DNA of 64,000 nt from Antedon mediterranea (taxonomy: Eukaryota; Animalia; Echinodermata): NCBI RefSeq assembly GCF_964355755.1, contig NC_092677.1, positions 19,428,101 to 19,492,100 of the forward strand, given 5' to 3'. The translations under genes were made by a program, and so were the position numbers. The notes under the pieces are model-generated. The model was given only the letters and a program-made list of their open reading frames with translations. It searched no databases and had not been told where the DNA came from. The stretch's first letter is position 1; every line of letters starts with the position of its first letter. Of the stretch, positions 1-13,640 are shown piece by piece.

Positions 1-739
1 TTTTGAATTTTGATGATCGATATATTGAGATATTGAAAAGACCGACAATCATTTTGTAACAAATATTTTGTTTAACCTTTGAGTCGTTAATCTCAAGCAT
101 TAATTAATTGATATACAATAACAGGAGATTTCTTAGTACTTTTAATTGTAATTTTTTTTGACATTGAGTACAAAAGTCGAATTTGTCGACCGATTGAAAT
201 CGTAATTACCTGTAAATATAAATGCTTAAATCGATAAAGTTGTGACGATAACGATATATTGTGGATAAGTTTGTGTCAACGGGACACACACATTTGTTTC
301 TTTTAAAGTTTTAAGTGATTAAGTTTGATATTTTGATTTTAGGCTAATCAGCCACAGTTTCTTGAGTTTTATGTTTTGATTTGATGATTTATGTTTGAAG
401 ACCATTAGAACGCGATGAGTTGTCACACGATTTGATGTATGTTCAATGTAACATACTATTTTTAAGTTTTGTAATTTTATTTTTAACTGATTTATGTTTG
501 ATAAACGCGAATTTTTATACCAAATTCATTTTTAATTTTAATTTTTTTTAAGAGAGAGAAGAGAGAGAGTGAAAGTGATAAGGTTACACTTCAGAGTCAA
601 TGGTTTTGGCTAACTCAATTTTGCATATATGTATAATAATGTTTTTTTCTTTTATATAACTTTACTTTTGCATGCCACTATTATAACCATTTATATATTT
701 TAAATAGATTAGAAGAAAAAAAAAAGGTAAACAGAGGGA

Positions 740-1324
740 TGTAAAATAACGATATACTTTTATATTTAAGAAATTGACCTTTGTATCAGAATTTAAATAG
801 GTTCACAAACTTGACCCAGAAAGTCCAGAGGAGAGTTTGTCCAGATGTTTTAATGACCATTTAGTTTATAATAGAATCCCTAAAGAAAACACTTAGCTTA
901 ACTTTGCAACCGTTCCCATCGTAAAACAATTAGATATTGACAGTTTTAAGCAGAGATTCGACAGGGCCAATTCATCATTGTAACCTCCCCAGATAAGATC
1001 AATCATTCCCACTTAAACACCCCTGGACCAACTTAGGACCAATCAGTAACCTCTAAGATTACGTAGTGACATATGCAAATGAACCGAGGGCCAATATACT
1101 CCCAAGTTTCAGAAGGGCCCAGACACACCTCACAGCCACTTCTTCAGAAGCAGACCTACACACTTCACACCTCACCGACAGCATCATTGATCCTCCGTTC
1201 CTTATCTATACTTATAGTTGTATATTGTACTGAAGTATTATACTGAATAAACAATATATGTGTTACGACAGTCAAGCGAGTAAGAGTCTTCATTAGTACC
1301 TCAACAACGCAACACTATATTACA
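740..1324 (+). mobile_element. 3' LTR of an LTR retrotransposon (bases 1-739 are probably its 3' internal non-coding region)
   Basis: Begins TGTAAAATA and ends TATATTACA (TG...CA, 8/9 terminal inverted repeat); purine-rich tract (AGAAGAAAAAAAAAAGGTAAACAGAGGGA) immediately upstream; internal AATAAA near 1246; the Harbinger reading frame resumes right after the terminal CA. Confidence 0.75.
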
Positions 1325-2304
1325 CTAGATTGAGATCAGCTTTCTCTGTAGAAATTCGGCTAGCCCTAACATTGTACCGCTTATCAACTGGGGTTTCTTT
1401 TCGGTGCGTTTCCAATCAGTTTGGTGTCGCGAGGTCCACTTCGTGTGAGATTTTTCATGAAGTATGTCGGCAAATTGAAAGGGTGTTGATGCCAAAGTTT
1501 GTACGTGTTCCGGAAGGACAAGAGTTACTGGTAAGTATATAAAATAATTGGTGATGTTACAATTTTGGTTTATACAGTATAAAATAAATTAATTATGTTT
1601 TATTACAGGACATGGTTGAAAAATTCAGGATGAAGCAAGGATTCCCACAGGTCGCTGGGGCTATTGATGGCACACACATCAAAATAACTGCACCAACTGA
1701 AAATGCCCAAGACTACTTTAATCATAAATGGTCATATTCAGTGCTGCTACAAGGGCTAGTGGATGCAGATGGCAAATTTATGAACACTTTTTTTGGCTTG
1801 CCAGGAAGCGTACACGATGCTCGTATGTTCAACCTTTCCACATTAAGCAATAAGTTAGCGGACAACACACTTTTCAACCCAAATCCATCTTTAAATATTG
1901 AGGGAACTGCTGTGCCACTGTTAATAATCGGAGACCCTGCATACCCATTATTACCAAATTTAATTCGCCCTTTTATTGGTAGGGGTAATCTAAATAGAGA
2001 AAAAAGGATTTTTAACTTCAAACATTCTTCCACTAGAATGACAGTTGAAAAAGCTTTCGGAAGACTCAAAGGAAGGTGCCGTTTACTGTTAAAGGAAAAC
2101 GAACACGAAGTTAGAAATTTACGGTCTGTGGTACAGGCTTGCTGTACCTTGCATAATATTTGTGAAGCTTCAAATGTTCCTTATATGAATTATCTCAACG
2201 AAGGGGTAAATTTAGAGGACGAGGGGAAACAGATATGCAGACATAACCGTACACAATCTGGGGAAGAAATTAGGAATGCTATAGTTTCTTTCTTGAAGGA
2301 TTAA
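1325..2304 (+). pseudogene. PIF/Harbinger DDE transposase (HARBI1-like, DDE_Tnp_4), 5' part cut off by the LTR insertion; exons 1325-1530 and 1609-2304
   Basis: Motifs RLALTLYRLSTG, GAIDGTHI, PGSVHDAR, IIGDPAYPL, VEKAFGRLKGR, CCTLHNIC; phase-0 GTAAGT...TTACAG intron at 1531-1608 joins the two ORFs. Confidence 0.93.
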
Positions 2305-2789
2305 AACTAAAAAATGTTTATTAAAACAATCAACATGCATGCAGTTTATAAACAAAACACTTCTAAAATCTAAAAAATATATATGTAAAAACAGTAAAAA
2401 TACATAAATGTTCATAAATTTGTCTACATTATTTTGGCAAGGTTAAATAAGTTTTATATATATTGCATTATTTTATAAGTAGTAAATATGTGTATAATAA
2501 TCAACATGCATGCAGTCTATTAACAAAACACTTCTAAAATCTAAAAATACAAAAATGTTACTAATATTGTCCACCTAAACATGGCAAGGTAAAATCTAAA
2601 AATACAAAAATGTTACTAATATTGTCCACCTAAACATGGCAAGGTTAAATATGTTTTATATATATTGCATTAAATTGAAAGGCTTGAAAGATTTGAAGAT
2701 AACAATTTATAGTCGTATGAAAATGATTGCAATTGTATGCATAGCACCATAAAGAAGATATAATAAAATGTTTCACAAAAAAGTAATGT

Positions 2790-4729
2790 TTAATAATTTC
2801 CAAAATGTTGGTTATATTGGCTATATGTGGGTGGTTGGTTACTTGGTGCATATGTGGCTGGATTACTTGCCAGTAACCTTTCCATGAAAATGCCTCTGGT
2901 CCTTCTATCTTCGCTCGCATCCACCCGTCTTTGTTCGATCCCCCCTTCGAGCACGGCCGTTAAGGCCTTCATGGCCTGCTGCTCCTCAGCTCGATCTTGC
3001 CGGTCTTCTTGGCGTGACCTCTCAAAAAGGGACGACATCCGCTTCCAGTTTGCGTCTGAGGTCTCCTTCATCTTTTTACTAAGAGCGTCCACGGTTCTGT
3101 CCCTTTTTGAACTTCCTGACAATCGCCTTTTTTTGCCTAAGATAACAAAAAATGTTTAAATTATGCAAAACAATCTTGAGTTTTTTTCATCATTTGTTTA
3201 TAAAACACAAGCAAGACAGATTTTAAAACAAGTATACAGTACCTGGTTTGGCACGGTTTCCAGTATCCGCTGAATCACTTAGGTGTGGATCATCTCTTTT
3301 CTCACCTTGTTCATCAGCATCTCTATCTATTTCTAGAAACGTAATCAAAATTGTTATAATGTCACAGAATATTATCACAATTTATTATTACTTGTTTTTC
3401 TTGCACTCACCATCATTATTCTGAGACAGAGAACCTTCGTCGGGAAATGCATCGTCTTCTGCATACCAATCATGTAAGCCTAAGCAAAGAAATAAAAATA
3501 TAAGTTTTGCATTGTGCTTTAACAGTGCATTTTTAAGTACATCCATGCCAATGAACCTGGCTTTACTTACCATAAATCATTCCACGTGAAGTTCCTGATG
3601 TGCTTTCATCATCTGGAGCCTCTGATTCTATGATTAACAATAAGAAAATATTAAGATTGTTCTATTCAAACTAATGAGCAAACTATTCTATAAAGTTATT
3701 GTACATGAAACATTTAGCACTGGAAAACCTACCATCAAGCATAGAAGAAACATCACTTGCTGGTGTTGTAGGTCGCTGTGTAATTCTTCTTCGTGGAAGA
3801 AGTACATGACCATTTCTATCTGTAAGATATACAAAATACTGTACTGTAAATTGTTGTGTTATCGGTTGTGAAGATTTTTATTGACAGAATAAAAAGCAGT
3901 TTTACATACCGACACATACTTGATGTTCATCATTACCAACAACAGGTCTTGTATTATTAATTGAAGCACGAGATGTACTTGGCGTATTTTCAAAATCTAC
4001 ATATGAACATGAAACAATGCTCCGATTAATTATGATAAATTAATAAAAAATAATACAGTAAAATTCAGCAGGCCTAGGTAGGGTAGCCTAGTGCTTTGTG
4101 TCTAGAGTAGTAAAAAGTTATTATTAATTAGTTGTAATAATATAATATAGGCCTAGTGTTCTATTATTAATAGTAGGACTAACTAGGCTAGTAGTAGCGT
4201 ATGAGAAATATATAATATCCCGAAAAATGTATAAATAAAACATAGACCTACCTTCGTTGTTATTAACAGTAGTAGTTTGTTTAGGTGTTACAGGCCTAGA
4301 TCGAACACTTGGGCTCGGCATTACCAATTGGTTGCCAGGCATGCCAACCAGCCCCTCACTGACCGTGAATGAATCTCCGATCGTTTTGGGGTTAGGGTTG
4401 ATATTTGGTCTATGACCTAAAATATCATTAATGGCAGAAAAATGTTCGAAACCCGTACTTGCACCGGCTCCAGATTTATTCACTCGGTCTTTCGCCGCTT
4501 TATACAACGACCGCAACCCCTTCAATTTTGTTTGGATATGGAATCCTTCTTTACGAGGATGCCCCATCTCTGCTAACTTGTCCGCCATCTCGTTGAACAC
4601 GGACATCTTGTTGCCGGTGCTTGTATGCCAGTTTTTTACTTCTAACTGATCTCTGAACTCAGGGCTTCCCCACAATGCAATAAGGTCTTTTACCTCGGGT
4701 TCTCGCCAATGCGCACGCTTCGATGACAT
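2790..4729 (-). CDS. Harbinger Myb/SANT-like (trihelix) DNA-binding partner protein, multi-exon, convergent with the transposase
   Basis: Exon 1 (4729-4252) encodes W-x3-E-x3-LI-x2-W...F-x2-MA-x2-L-x3-G...K-x-K-x-L-x3-YK...FEHF-x5-ILG-x-RP; further small GT-AG exons (e.g. 3996-3910) and a charged helical last exon ending at 2790. Confidence 0.88.
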
Positions 4730-5019
4730 TTTAAAATAAATTTAATAATAATACTGTAAAGTGTATTTAAAAGGTTTGATTTTTTCGCGCGTTCACCGAT
4801 CACAACAAATGGATCAGCTTGGCTATACGATCGATGAGGAGCACATGGCACGTTGTGACGTGGCGAATATTGTAATTTGATTGGCTAGATATCTAACCTA
4901 GGTCATATTCATCGATGCGTGACTTTTGTATTGTAAGCGACGTCCACTAAACTCATACCTTGAGCTTTCGTAGCGTACGAAATATCAGTGTCGTACGAGG
5001 TAGCTTTCACTAATCTTTT

Positions 5020-5094
5020 CCTGGTTCAGACCTATGGACTTGTACGCCGCGTACAATACGAAAGCATAACTCCGTAGGTCTGAACAGGCCCTTA
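5020..5094. mobile_element. Right terminus of the Harbinger element with TTA target site
   Basis: ...GTAGGTCTGAACAGGCCC (ends 5091; reverse complement GGGCCTGTTCAGAC) followed by TTA; an inverted subterminal copy GTTCAGACCTATGGA near 5024. The left TIR is outside the window. Confidence 0.75.
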
Positions 5095-5144
5095 TTATTA
5101 GTTAATTTAACCAAATATTTTCTTTCAGTATTACAGTATACACC

Positions 5145-6521
5145 ATGAAATATAAATGTGAACACTGTGGAATTAAGTTGGAATTCAATGACTTGAAAGA
5201 ACATTTAGGATTACACACTCATTCTAAAGAAATAAAATGTGAGCTCGGTGAAGATACATCTGTCAAGGATAAGCTACATAGCCAGACACCATATAAATGT
5301 GAGCATGAGAAGGAAGGGAATCTGAATTTGAAAAAACATTTAAGCACAAACACAGGAGAGACACCATATGAATGTGAGTATGAGAAGGATGGAAATCGGA
5401 ATTTGAAAACACATTTGAGGACAAACACAGGAGAGACACCTTATGAATGTGAGTATGAGAAGGAAGGAAATCGGAATTTGAAAAAACATTTGAGCACAAA
5501 CACAGGAGAGACACCATATGAATGTGAGCATGAGAAGGAAGGAAATTGGAATTTGAAAACACATTTGAGGACAAACACAAGAGAGACACCATATGAATGT
5601 GAACATTGTGGACAGAAATTTAAAATAAATGGAAATTTGAAAAGGCATTTGAGAAAACACACAGGAGAGACACCATATGAATGTGAACATTGTGGACAGA
5701 AATTTAAACAAAGCTGGAATTTGAAAATGCATTTGAGAATACACACAGGAGAGACACCATATATTTGTGAACATTGTGGACAGAAATTTAAACAAAGTGG
5801 TGATTTGAAAAGGCATTTGAGAAAACACACAGGAGAGACACCATATGAATGTGAACATTGTGGTAAAAAATTTAAAATAAATGGAAATTTGAAAAGGCAT
5901 TTGAGAAAACACGCAGGAGAGACACCATATGAATGTGAACATTGTGGACAGAAATTTAAACAAAGCTGGAATTTGAAAAGGCATTTGAGAATACGCACAG
6001 GAGAGACACCATATATTTGTGAACATTGTGGACAGAAATTTAAACAAAGTGGTGATTTGAAAAGGCATTTGAGAAAACACACAGGAGAGACACCATATGA
6101 ATGTGAACATTGTGGACAGAAATTTAAACAAAATGGAAATTTGAAGATACATTTGAGAACACACACAGGAGAGACACCTTTTGAATGTGAACATTGTGGT
6201 AAGAAATTTAAACAAAATGGAAGTTTGAAGATACATTTGAGAACACACACAGGAGAGACACCATATGAATGTGAATATTGTGGTAAAAAATTTAAATACA
6301 ATGGAAATTTGAAGATACATTTGAGAACACACACAGGAGAGACACCTTTTGAATGTGAACATTGTGGTAAGAAATTTAAACAAAATGGAAGTTTGAAGAT
6401 ACATTTTAGAACACACACAGGAGAGACACCATATGAATGTGAATATTGTGGTAAAAAATTTAAACAAAATGGAAATTTGAAGATACATTTGAGAACACAC
6501 ACAGGAGAGACACCATATTAA
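5145..6521 (+). CDS. Tandem C2H2 zinc-finger array (about 11 canonical 28-aa fingers preceded by 4 degenerate 25-aa units); probably a terminal exon
   Basis: CxxC-x12-HxxxH with TGETPY linkers in 84-bp repeats; pyrimidine tract plus CAG acceptor at 5128, open in frame to the ATG. Confidence 0.9.
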   Translation: MKYKCEHCGIKLEFNDLKEHLGLHTHSKEIKCELGEDTSVKDKLHSQTPYKCEHEKEGNLNLKKHLSTNTGETPYECEYEKDGNRNLKTHLRTNTGETPYECEYEKEGNRNLKKHLSTNTGETPYECEHEKEGNWNLKTHLRTNTRETPYECEHCGQKFKINGNLKRHLRKHTGETPYECEHCGQKFKQSWNLKMHLRIHTGETPYICEHCGQKFKQSGDLKRHLRKHTGETPYECEHCGKKFKINGNLKRHLRKHAGETPYECEHCGQKFKQSWNLKRHLRIRTGETPYICEHCGQKFKQSGDLKRHLRKHTGETPYECEHCGQKFKQNGNLKIHLRTHTGETPFECEHCGKKFKQNGSLKIHLRTHTGETPYECEYCGKKFKYNGNLKIHLRTHTGETPFECEHCGKKFKQNGSLKIHFRTHTGETPYECEYCGKKFKQNGNLKIHLRTHTGETPY

Positions 6522-7560
6522 TGTGAATATTGTGGTAAAAAATTTAAACACAATGGAAATTTGAAGATACATTTGAGAACACACACAGGAGAGACACCAT
6601 ATTAATGTGAATATTGTGGTAAAAAATTTAAACACAATGGAAATTTGAAGATACATTTGAGAACACACACAGGAGAGACACTATATGAATGTGAACATGG
6701 TGGTAAGAAATTTAAACAAAATGGAAATTTGAAAATCCATTTGAGAACACACACAGGAGAGACACCATATGAATGTGAACATTGTGGGCAGATATTTAAA
6801 CAAAATGGAAGTTTGAAGATACATTTGAGAACACACACACAGGAGAGACACCATATGAATGTGAAGATTGTCGTAAGAAGTTTACACACACAAGAGAGAC
6901 ACCATATGAATGTGAACATTGTGGACAGAAATTTAAACACAATGGAAATTTGAAAATACATTTGAGAAAACACACAAGAGAGACACCATATGAATGTGAA
7001 CATGAAAAGGAAGGAAATCGGTATTTGAAAAAAACATTTGAGGACAAACACAGGAGAGAAGAGATTTAAAGTGATAATTTGAAAAGACATGTGAGAATTC
7101 ACACGAGAGAGAATTAATAGGTTAAGTTTGAAAATTGTTGGGAAAAATAAACAGAAATATTTATTTCAGATAAATGAGTTACTATAATGTAGTACTCAAT
7201 AATTTGAGCCATGATAATTGAAGAATATAATTGTGTAGATTACTGTATTCCCTGATACAAAAAACTTATACATTGTTTATTAAGAGTTTTAAGATTTAAT
7301 ACTATAAAATAATGTCAATCAAACAAATCAAACAAAATAGATAATTATAAACCATTCCCATAAAGTGAGAATTTTTAAAAAACATTTTAGAACTCGCACA
7401 ATGAATCTGAATATTGTGAGAATAAAAAAACATTTGAAAATATACACTACAGAGACACAACACAATATAAATGTAATTTGTGGAAAGAGATTTAAAACTA
7501 CTTTAATATTCAACATTTAAAATTGCATTTGAGGATACACACAAACAGAGAAAACATACG
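6522..7560 (+). pseudogene. Disabled continuation of the zinc-finger array
   Basis: Same 84-bp unit with a second in-frame TAA (6603-6605), frameshifts near 6840-6890 and increasingly decayed fingers to about 7560. Confidence 0.8.
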
Positions 7561-8599
7561 GTACTGTATAAATGTTAATGTTCTGTGTGTTACTGTTTTT
7601 TGTTTTGTTTAAAGTACACACACACTTTCAATTCTAAATGTACACTCTTTTACTTACTAGTTAGTAAATTGTTGTTTTAACATTTATTATAATACTATGA
7701 TACCTAGGACTTAATTATTATACTATTGTATTATTTTAATTCACTTTATCATAACATTGCCACTAAATATAAAAACATGTAGATTATAATAAATGTTTGG
7801 TTTTGTTTACACTTTGTTTCGTTTGCGATATTTCAAAATTTATAATAAACCCTTTCTATGATTTATAATGTACAGTAGCCTTCCTATGTGATAAAGCCTT
7901 CCTGTGATTTTTAATTCAAAGTAAGAGTTTTCATTTATAGTCGGTTCATTTTTGTAACAATAAAATCAAGTTTTATTCATATTATTCAAGATACTGTAAA
8001 ATATACTATTTTCTTTGTGTATATTTGTAGACACAGCGACACAACAGGGGATAGATATATAGTATTTTATATAATATTATATTTTTATGTTGAAGTTGAG
8101 GTATTGAGCAGACGTACACTATAGATTATGTTTTGGAAAAAAGTGTGTACTGCAGTTATTAGAATTATAAAGTACTGTAGTTATATTATAGATAACTGAT
8201 TTTTCTGCAGTTTTACAAGTGGTCAGATAATATTCAAAACTGAATGTTGTTACGTGTTGTCAAAAGAATTGACACAACAATGTAACACTGAATCCAGTGA
8301 GTAACAACTCTCTTCTAAATCCAATTATTTAATTAAAGTGGAATTTCAATGCAATTCTACATAATTGGCGTTATACAGTATACTGTAAAGGCGGTAACTA
8401 TCCACTATTATAGCTCTAGATAAAGCCTTTCCCACCACCATTACACAATGGTAGAGTGGATCGGTTATAATGTTTCGGGTCGTTACTCAATAAGTACTCT
8501 TACGGCATCTAAGTATATAATTCCATTTGCATAATTATACTCTCAACCAATCTAATACCGTAAATAAGTACTCGCCCTGCCAGTCTATGATCCTATTTA

Positions 8600-10759
8600 T
8601 TGCCGAGGAATGCCATTCAGTTGTATACAATGGCAGCGAGGGAACGACTGAGGAAGACGAAGGAAGTCTTGACATTTCTCTACCGGATAGTCCATTTCAA
8701 CCCGACATTCCAAAGAATCAAGGATGGAAAAACAGGGAAAGAAAAATCTATTTCACGTTCCTGTCACTACGAATATTTTGAGCGATGGCATTGGCTTCAT
8801 TATGGAAAAAATAAAGATGCGGTTCTTTGTGTCACATGTGCAAAGGCAATTGAAAAGAAATTAGTGCTGAAACCTACTGGAAACCAATATGACACGTTTC
8901 TGTCAAAAGGTTTTCGGAAATGGTCAGACGTCAAACACAAAGTTACAAAGCACGAAATTAGCACTTTTCGTCGTATCACAGCCACTAAACTTGCTGCTAT
9001 CAAGCAAGTGCCCATTTCACAGTCATTAAGTGAATTAACCAAAAAAAATGCTCTTCAGTATCTTCGTGTGATATTTTCGTCTTTGAGATATTTATGTTCT
9101 CAGGGCTTGCCAATACGCGGACATGAACATGATGATGATGCATTTTACAATTTGATGCTCGAACGGCTGGCATCTGATTATAATCACCTACTTCCTCTGC
9201 TACACAAAAGGGACAATTAGATGTCAGATACCATTCAAAATGAGATTATCCAGATGCATGCACATCCGCTACAAAGACATATCATGTCCAAAATATATAC
9301 TTGCCATTTCATTGGTATAGTTGTTGATGACTCTGGCATGGAGCAATTTACTGTCTGCACAGTATGCAGTTAATGATGAGAGTAGCCTAATGTCCTGAAA
9401 ATCCAAAACAAGTTTATGGGACTTTATAACTGTCTAGACAACTGGAGAAACGCTATCCAAAGTTATTTGGGATGTTTTGAATCGCATGGCATGTCAAGAA
9501 AAGCTGCGTGGATTCTCTTGTGATGGAGCATCGAATATGAGTGGAAGATTTAAGGGAGCACAAGCACACTTGAAGAAGTCTTCACCTGGTTCTCTATATA
9601 CACTGTGCAAACCACAGCTTATATCTTGTTCTTCAAGAAGCTGCTCGTGCGAATTCTAACATTTCAAGTGCACTGGTTTTTTTAAAAGATGCTGCCAATG
9701 TCATACGCGAGTCATCAAAACGCCGTGGTTTGTTTTCTAGTCGGTTTGAAATGAACCCGTCGTCACTTCATCAGCGCTGTGTCCAATTCTTGATGGTGCA
9801 TTAGAACAAAAGCTATTCGTAAGATTCTCAAAAGCCACAAACATGTGAATGAAGCCCTCAAATCTATCGCTTTTGACCGTGGAACTCGTGGAGAAAATCG
9901 AGGTAAATGCTAGGGTCTCGCTAGACAGACAAAGAAGAAGAAAACGTACAGATCGTTACTCACTGCAGAATATATATTTCAGGATTGTGAAGGAGTTGTC
10001 AAACAGTTACAATCCGTGGAGGTCACGCCTGCTTCAGCATTAACTCTAATAGAAAGTCTAAAGACGTCTCTTCAACAAATTGCTGCAGAAGTGGACTTGG
10101 AAGACGGGTTAGGAGAAAAGGGTTCAGGGATTAATTGGACCTGTTTCGGATATTGGGATAGCTACGTAGTTCAGCTTCGAGCAGATTTCTATCATTTTCA
10201 AACTATATATAGATCTCATTAGCGATGCTTTGGAACAGAGGTTTGACCAAGCCGACCCGGTTGCAAGCAACAGAGAGACGCTTCTCACTTGTCTGTCCAC
10301 TGTCAGATGGGGACTCTGTGGAGTTCGATGAACTTGTGAAAGCCTCGAATTTTCCATCATATTGACCAAAGAAAGCTACGTCGACACTTACTACAAAAAT
10401 AAACTATTTAATGCAAGCTGTATCTGAAGGTAAATCTCATCCATTCTTATGCGACCATTTAAACAAGATAGTAACAGTTCTCGGCAAAATGGATAAAATA
10501 CAGAGGTCTTTATATAATAAAGTTGAATATCTATTTGAGCTTATTCTGTGTCAAGCTACTAGTCGCCAGTGCTGAAAGGCCGTTTTCTTGTCTCCGACGA
10601 CTTAAAACATGGGTCAGGTCTACGATGGCTCAATCTAGTTTAACCCATTCAGCTTTACAAAATATTTACAGGAATTTGATCACTCAGCTTAACACTAGAG
10701 ACATTTTACGCACATTTGTGCAGAAAGCACCAGAAGGAAGAGAAGTGTTCGGACAGTAG
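8600..10759 (+). pseudogene. Decayed hAT-family transposase (ZMYM1/ZNF862-like: TTF zinc finger, DUF4371, hAT dimerisation domain)
   Basis: Fragments WLHY...DAVLCVTC...F-x3-GF-x2-W...HE-x-S, YL-x2-QGLPIRGH, CDGASNMSG-x2-KG, SAER-x-FS-x-LRRLKTW-x-RSTM; many stops and frameshifts; TIRs not identified. Confidence 0.85.
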
Positions 10760-12249
10760 TTAAACGTTGATTTATTATTTTGGTTTTTTTTTATTATCGT
10801 TTGTTTTATTTGTTTGGGATTTGTTCAGTGGTGAATATGGCACACTTATAAATGAACAAATTACTTTAATGATATCTATATATAAATTTACGTATGGGCA
10901 AAATTCGGTAAATCGCGCCTTACTTCTAGAATTTTTACTCGATGGTATATAAAGTTTGTTCGTACTTTCGGTACTGATTTTAACCACCTGATGTAACCCT
11001 GTTTACTAATTAAATTAAGTTAGATAATTAGTTATTGACGATTAAAACGAATTTAGGTTCAACGATTTGCCCCAAATAGGGGTGTTTTCCGATCGTGGTA
11101 TACACTGTCTAATGGATGTCCATCTTGAAAAATACCCGCCACAAAAATGCGAGGAGGCTTCGCATTTTCCTATCTCCTCCTACGATAATTGTTTTTAATA
11201 GCTGAAAACCGGTTGAACAGCTAGAGTACAGCATCATAATGTTGTAGACAGGCCGATTTTCTTTAAAAAAATACTATTTTGATAGATTTAATATACGATT
11301 ATACAAATGTATTGATTTGCGATGAATGGAACATCCCAATCTCTAAGTCTGCCAGAGTTTGGTTTAACACAAGTAGATAAATTTATGATCCCTTGGTTTA
11401 ACACATACGGTAGGTAAATATATGGGCCCTTTGAGAATAAACTTGCAATACTGTAAATACCTATTAACTATTTTTGGTCCTCATTTGAATCGAGCATTTC
11501 TTACTGTGAATGTTCGTACTGTTAGATGTAATATAAAAATATATACAAATAAACTTTATTACTGAGATTGTGGATAGGCTCTACTGTTTAGATATATAAA
11601 CACATTATTATACAAATAAACTTTATACTGACAGTTCCTTCTCACAGTTTGTATTAATTAATAATTACCAAAAATATAAACGTCGTAGTGGTGTATCGTG
11701 ACATGTACTTTAATATTTCAATCGATTATGACAGTGACAGTTTTAACAAAGTATTACATCGCAAATGTTTTACTGTATTTAGAGGTATATTATTTATAGG
11801 CCTATAAAACATGAAAAAAAAAATTTCGTTACTGAGTGGATAAAGAATATACTTAAAAATTGTTCCTCTTGGTACCTATCCGCTTTCCCATCCCTCAACC
11901 CTAATGTTACATACAAAACACAAATTGGGTTTCTTTAAATGAGTCCAAATCAAAAATTTGGACTCATTTTGTGATAAGTTACTCCTTCGGAAGTAATTCC
12001 CAGGGTGCTAATTTTAGTTGACTACATAAATCATCGTGTCTATTTATTCGTTTCTGTAAACGACAATGTATTATAGTCCCGCGGTACGTACATTTGAAAT
12101 CGCCAGTTTTGTTACGCTGAAATTACTGTGTATTTGAGAACCATCGGTGGGCACGACCTAGATGGTACGCGAGCGTACTTAAAGTGTATTTCCTGGCTTA
12201 TTTTGACCACCATCCATATTTTTAGTTATAAATGTCTCTTTAAGAGAAT

Positions 12250-13640
12250 TTTTTTTCTGGAAAAATATTATTAAATAAACAACTGTATTCAGATACAGAA
12301 TGTGTAATAATGATTAACGGTTGGTGTTCAAAAAGCTTCAAAATGCATAGAGGGATCAGACAAGGCCCTTTCTGCCTTACTATTCATTTTATTAGCAGAA
12401 ATAATTGCTATAAGAATTAAAAGTGATCAAAATATCGAAGGGATTGCCCTTCCAGGCAAGGATGACTATACAACTGAAGTCAAAATTGCACAATTAGTAG
12501 ATGACACAGTTTTATTTCTAAAAAATGAAAACAGTATAAAAAATATCATCTCTCGAGATTTGGCAAAGTTATGATTTTAAAAACACTTGGGTTTTAGCAA
12601 AGTTAATCTACAACGCAAGTATTATAGATACCCCAGAATGCGTTTTAAATGAAGTCGATAAAATTGTATTCGACTTTATTTGGAATAATAAAACAGAAAA
12701 GATAAAAAGGTTAACATTAATCAATGATTATAAAAGTGGTGGAGTAAATGCTCCAAACTTCAGATCTCAAGTCAGGGCACTACACATGTCATGGCTTAAA
12801 AGACTGTACAATGATGACACATCAAAATGGAAGTGTTTACCTAAAATGTATTTTAACAAAATAGGTCCAAGAGAGGTTATTGAAAATATATCAAATGTAA
12901 AATATAAAGAAACACATTACAGTAGTATGCCTTTATTATATAAATCAATGTTAAAGTATTTAGCTGAATTCAATCAATATTCTTTTAAATTTCACTTTCC
13001 TATGAACAAATTATAGAACAACCTATATGGGGCAACAACTTGATAACACACAATGTTTTCTCACTCCTTTATAGGAATTGGATTAGATCTGGTATAACAA
13101 AGATGAAACATATTAGGCCTATAATTGATAACAGATTTATTAATAAAAATGAATTACTATTTTTGTTAAATATCAAATCTAATTGGATTGCTGAATTTTC
13201 ATGTCTACTAAAAGCAATACCACGAGAATGGAAAGACAACATCTATTCAAAAATTGATAATGTAAAAGTTAACGAAGTTATATCAATACAGTATAGTAAA
13301 ATTAGTTGTAAAAACATTCGTCTCTTTTTTATCAAAAAAAAATTGTAATTGTAAAGAACCAACCAGTAAAACAAAGTGGGAAACACATTTTAATATAGAG
13401 AACGATTGGTCACTGACATGGAAAAGAAAAGTAAATGATATTAAAGATAACAAATTTAAACAGCTAAATTTCAAACTATTGCATTGTATTATTCCTACCA
13501 ATAGAGGGCTCTTTAAATTTGATCAGACACTTGCCTGCAATGCAATGTAATAGAAGATGATAAACACTTCTTTTACCAATGTACTGAAGCAAATGATTTA
13601 TGGAAATACATTAATGTTATTATACCATATATAAGTTTGG
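12250..13640 (+). mobile_element. Decayed L1/Tx1-like LINE fragment (RT C-terminal half and zf-RVT region)
   Basis: GIRQG near 12350, LVDDT near 12495, F-x-FIW...KIKR...GG-x-N-x-P, WLKRL, NFKLLH; fragmented frames. Confidence 0.75.

Noticed and set aside
2533-2645. 61-bp tandem duplication between the Harbinger genes
   Set aside because: Simple local duplication in 3' UTR sequence with no apparent functional signal.
5219-7102. Long minus-strand ORFs (442, 353, 166 aa)
   Set aside because: Antisense shadows of the 84-bp zinc-finger repeat; no independent coding signal.
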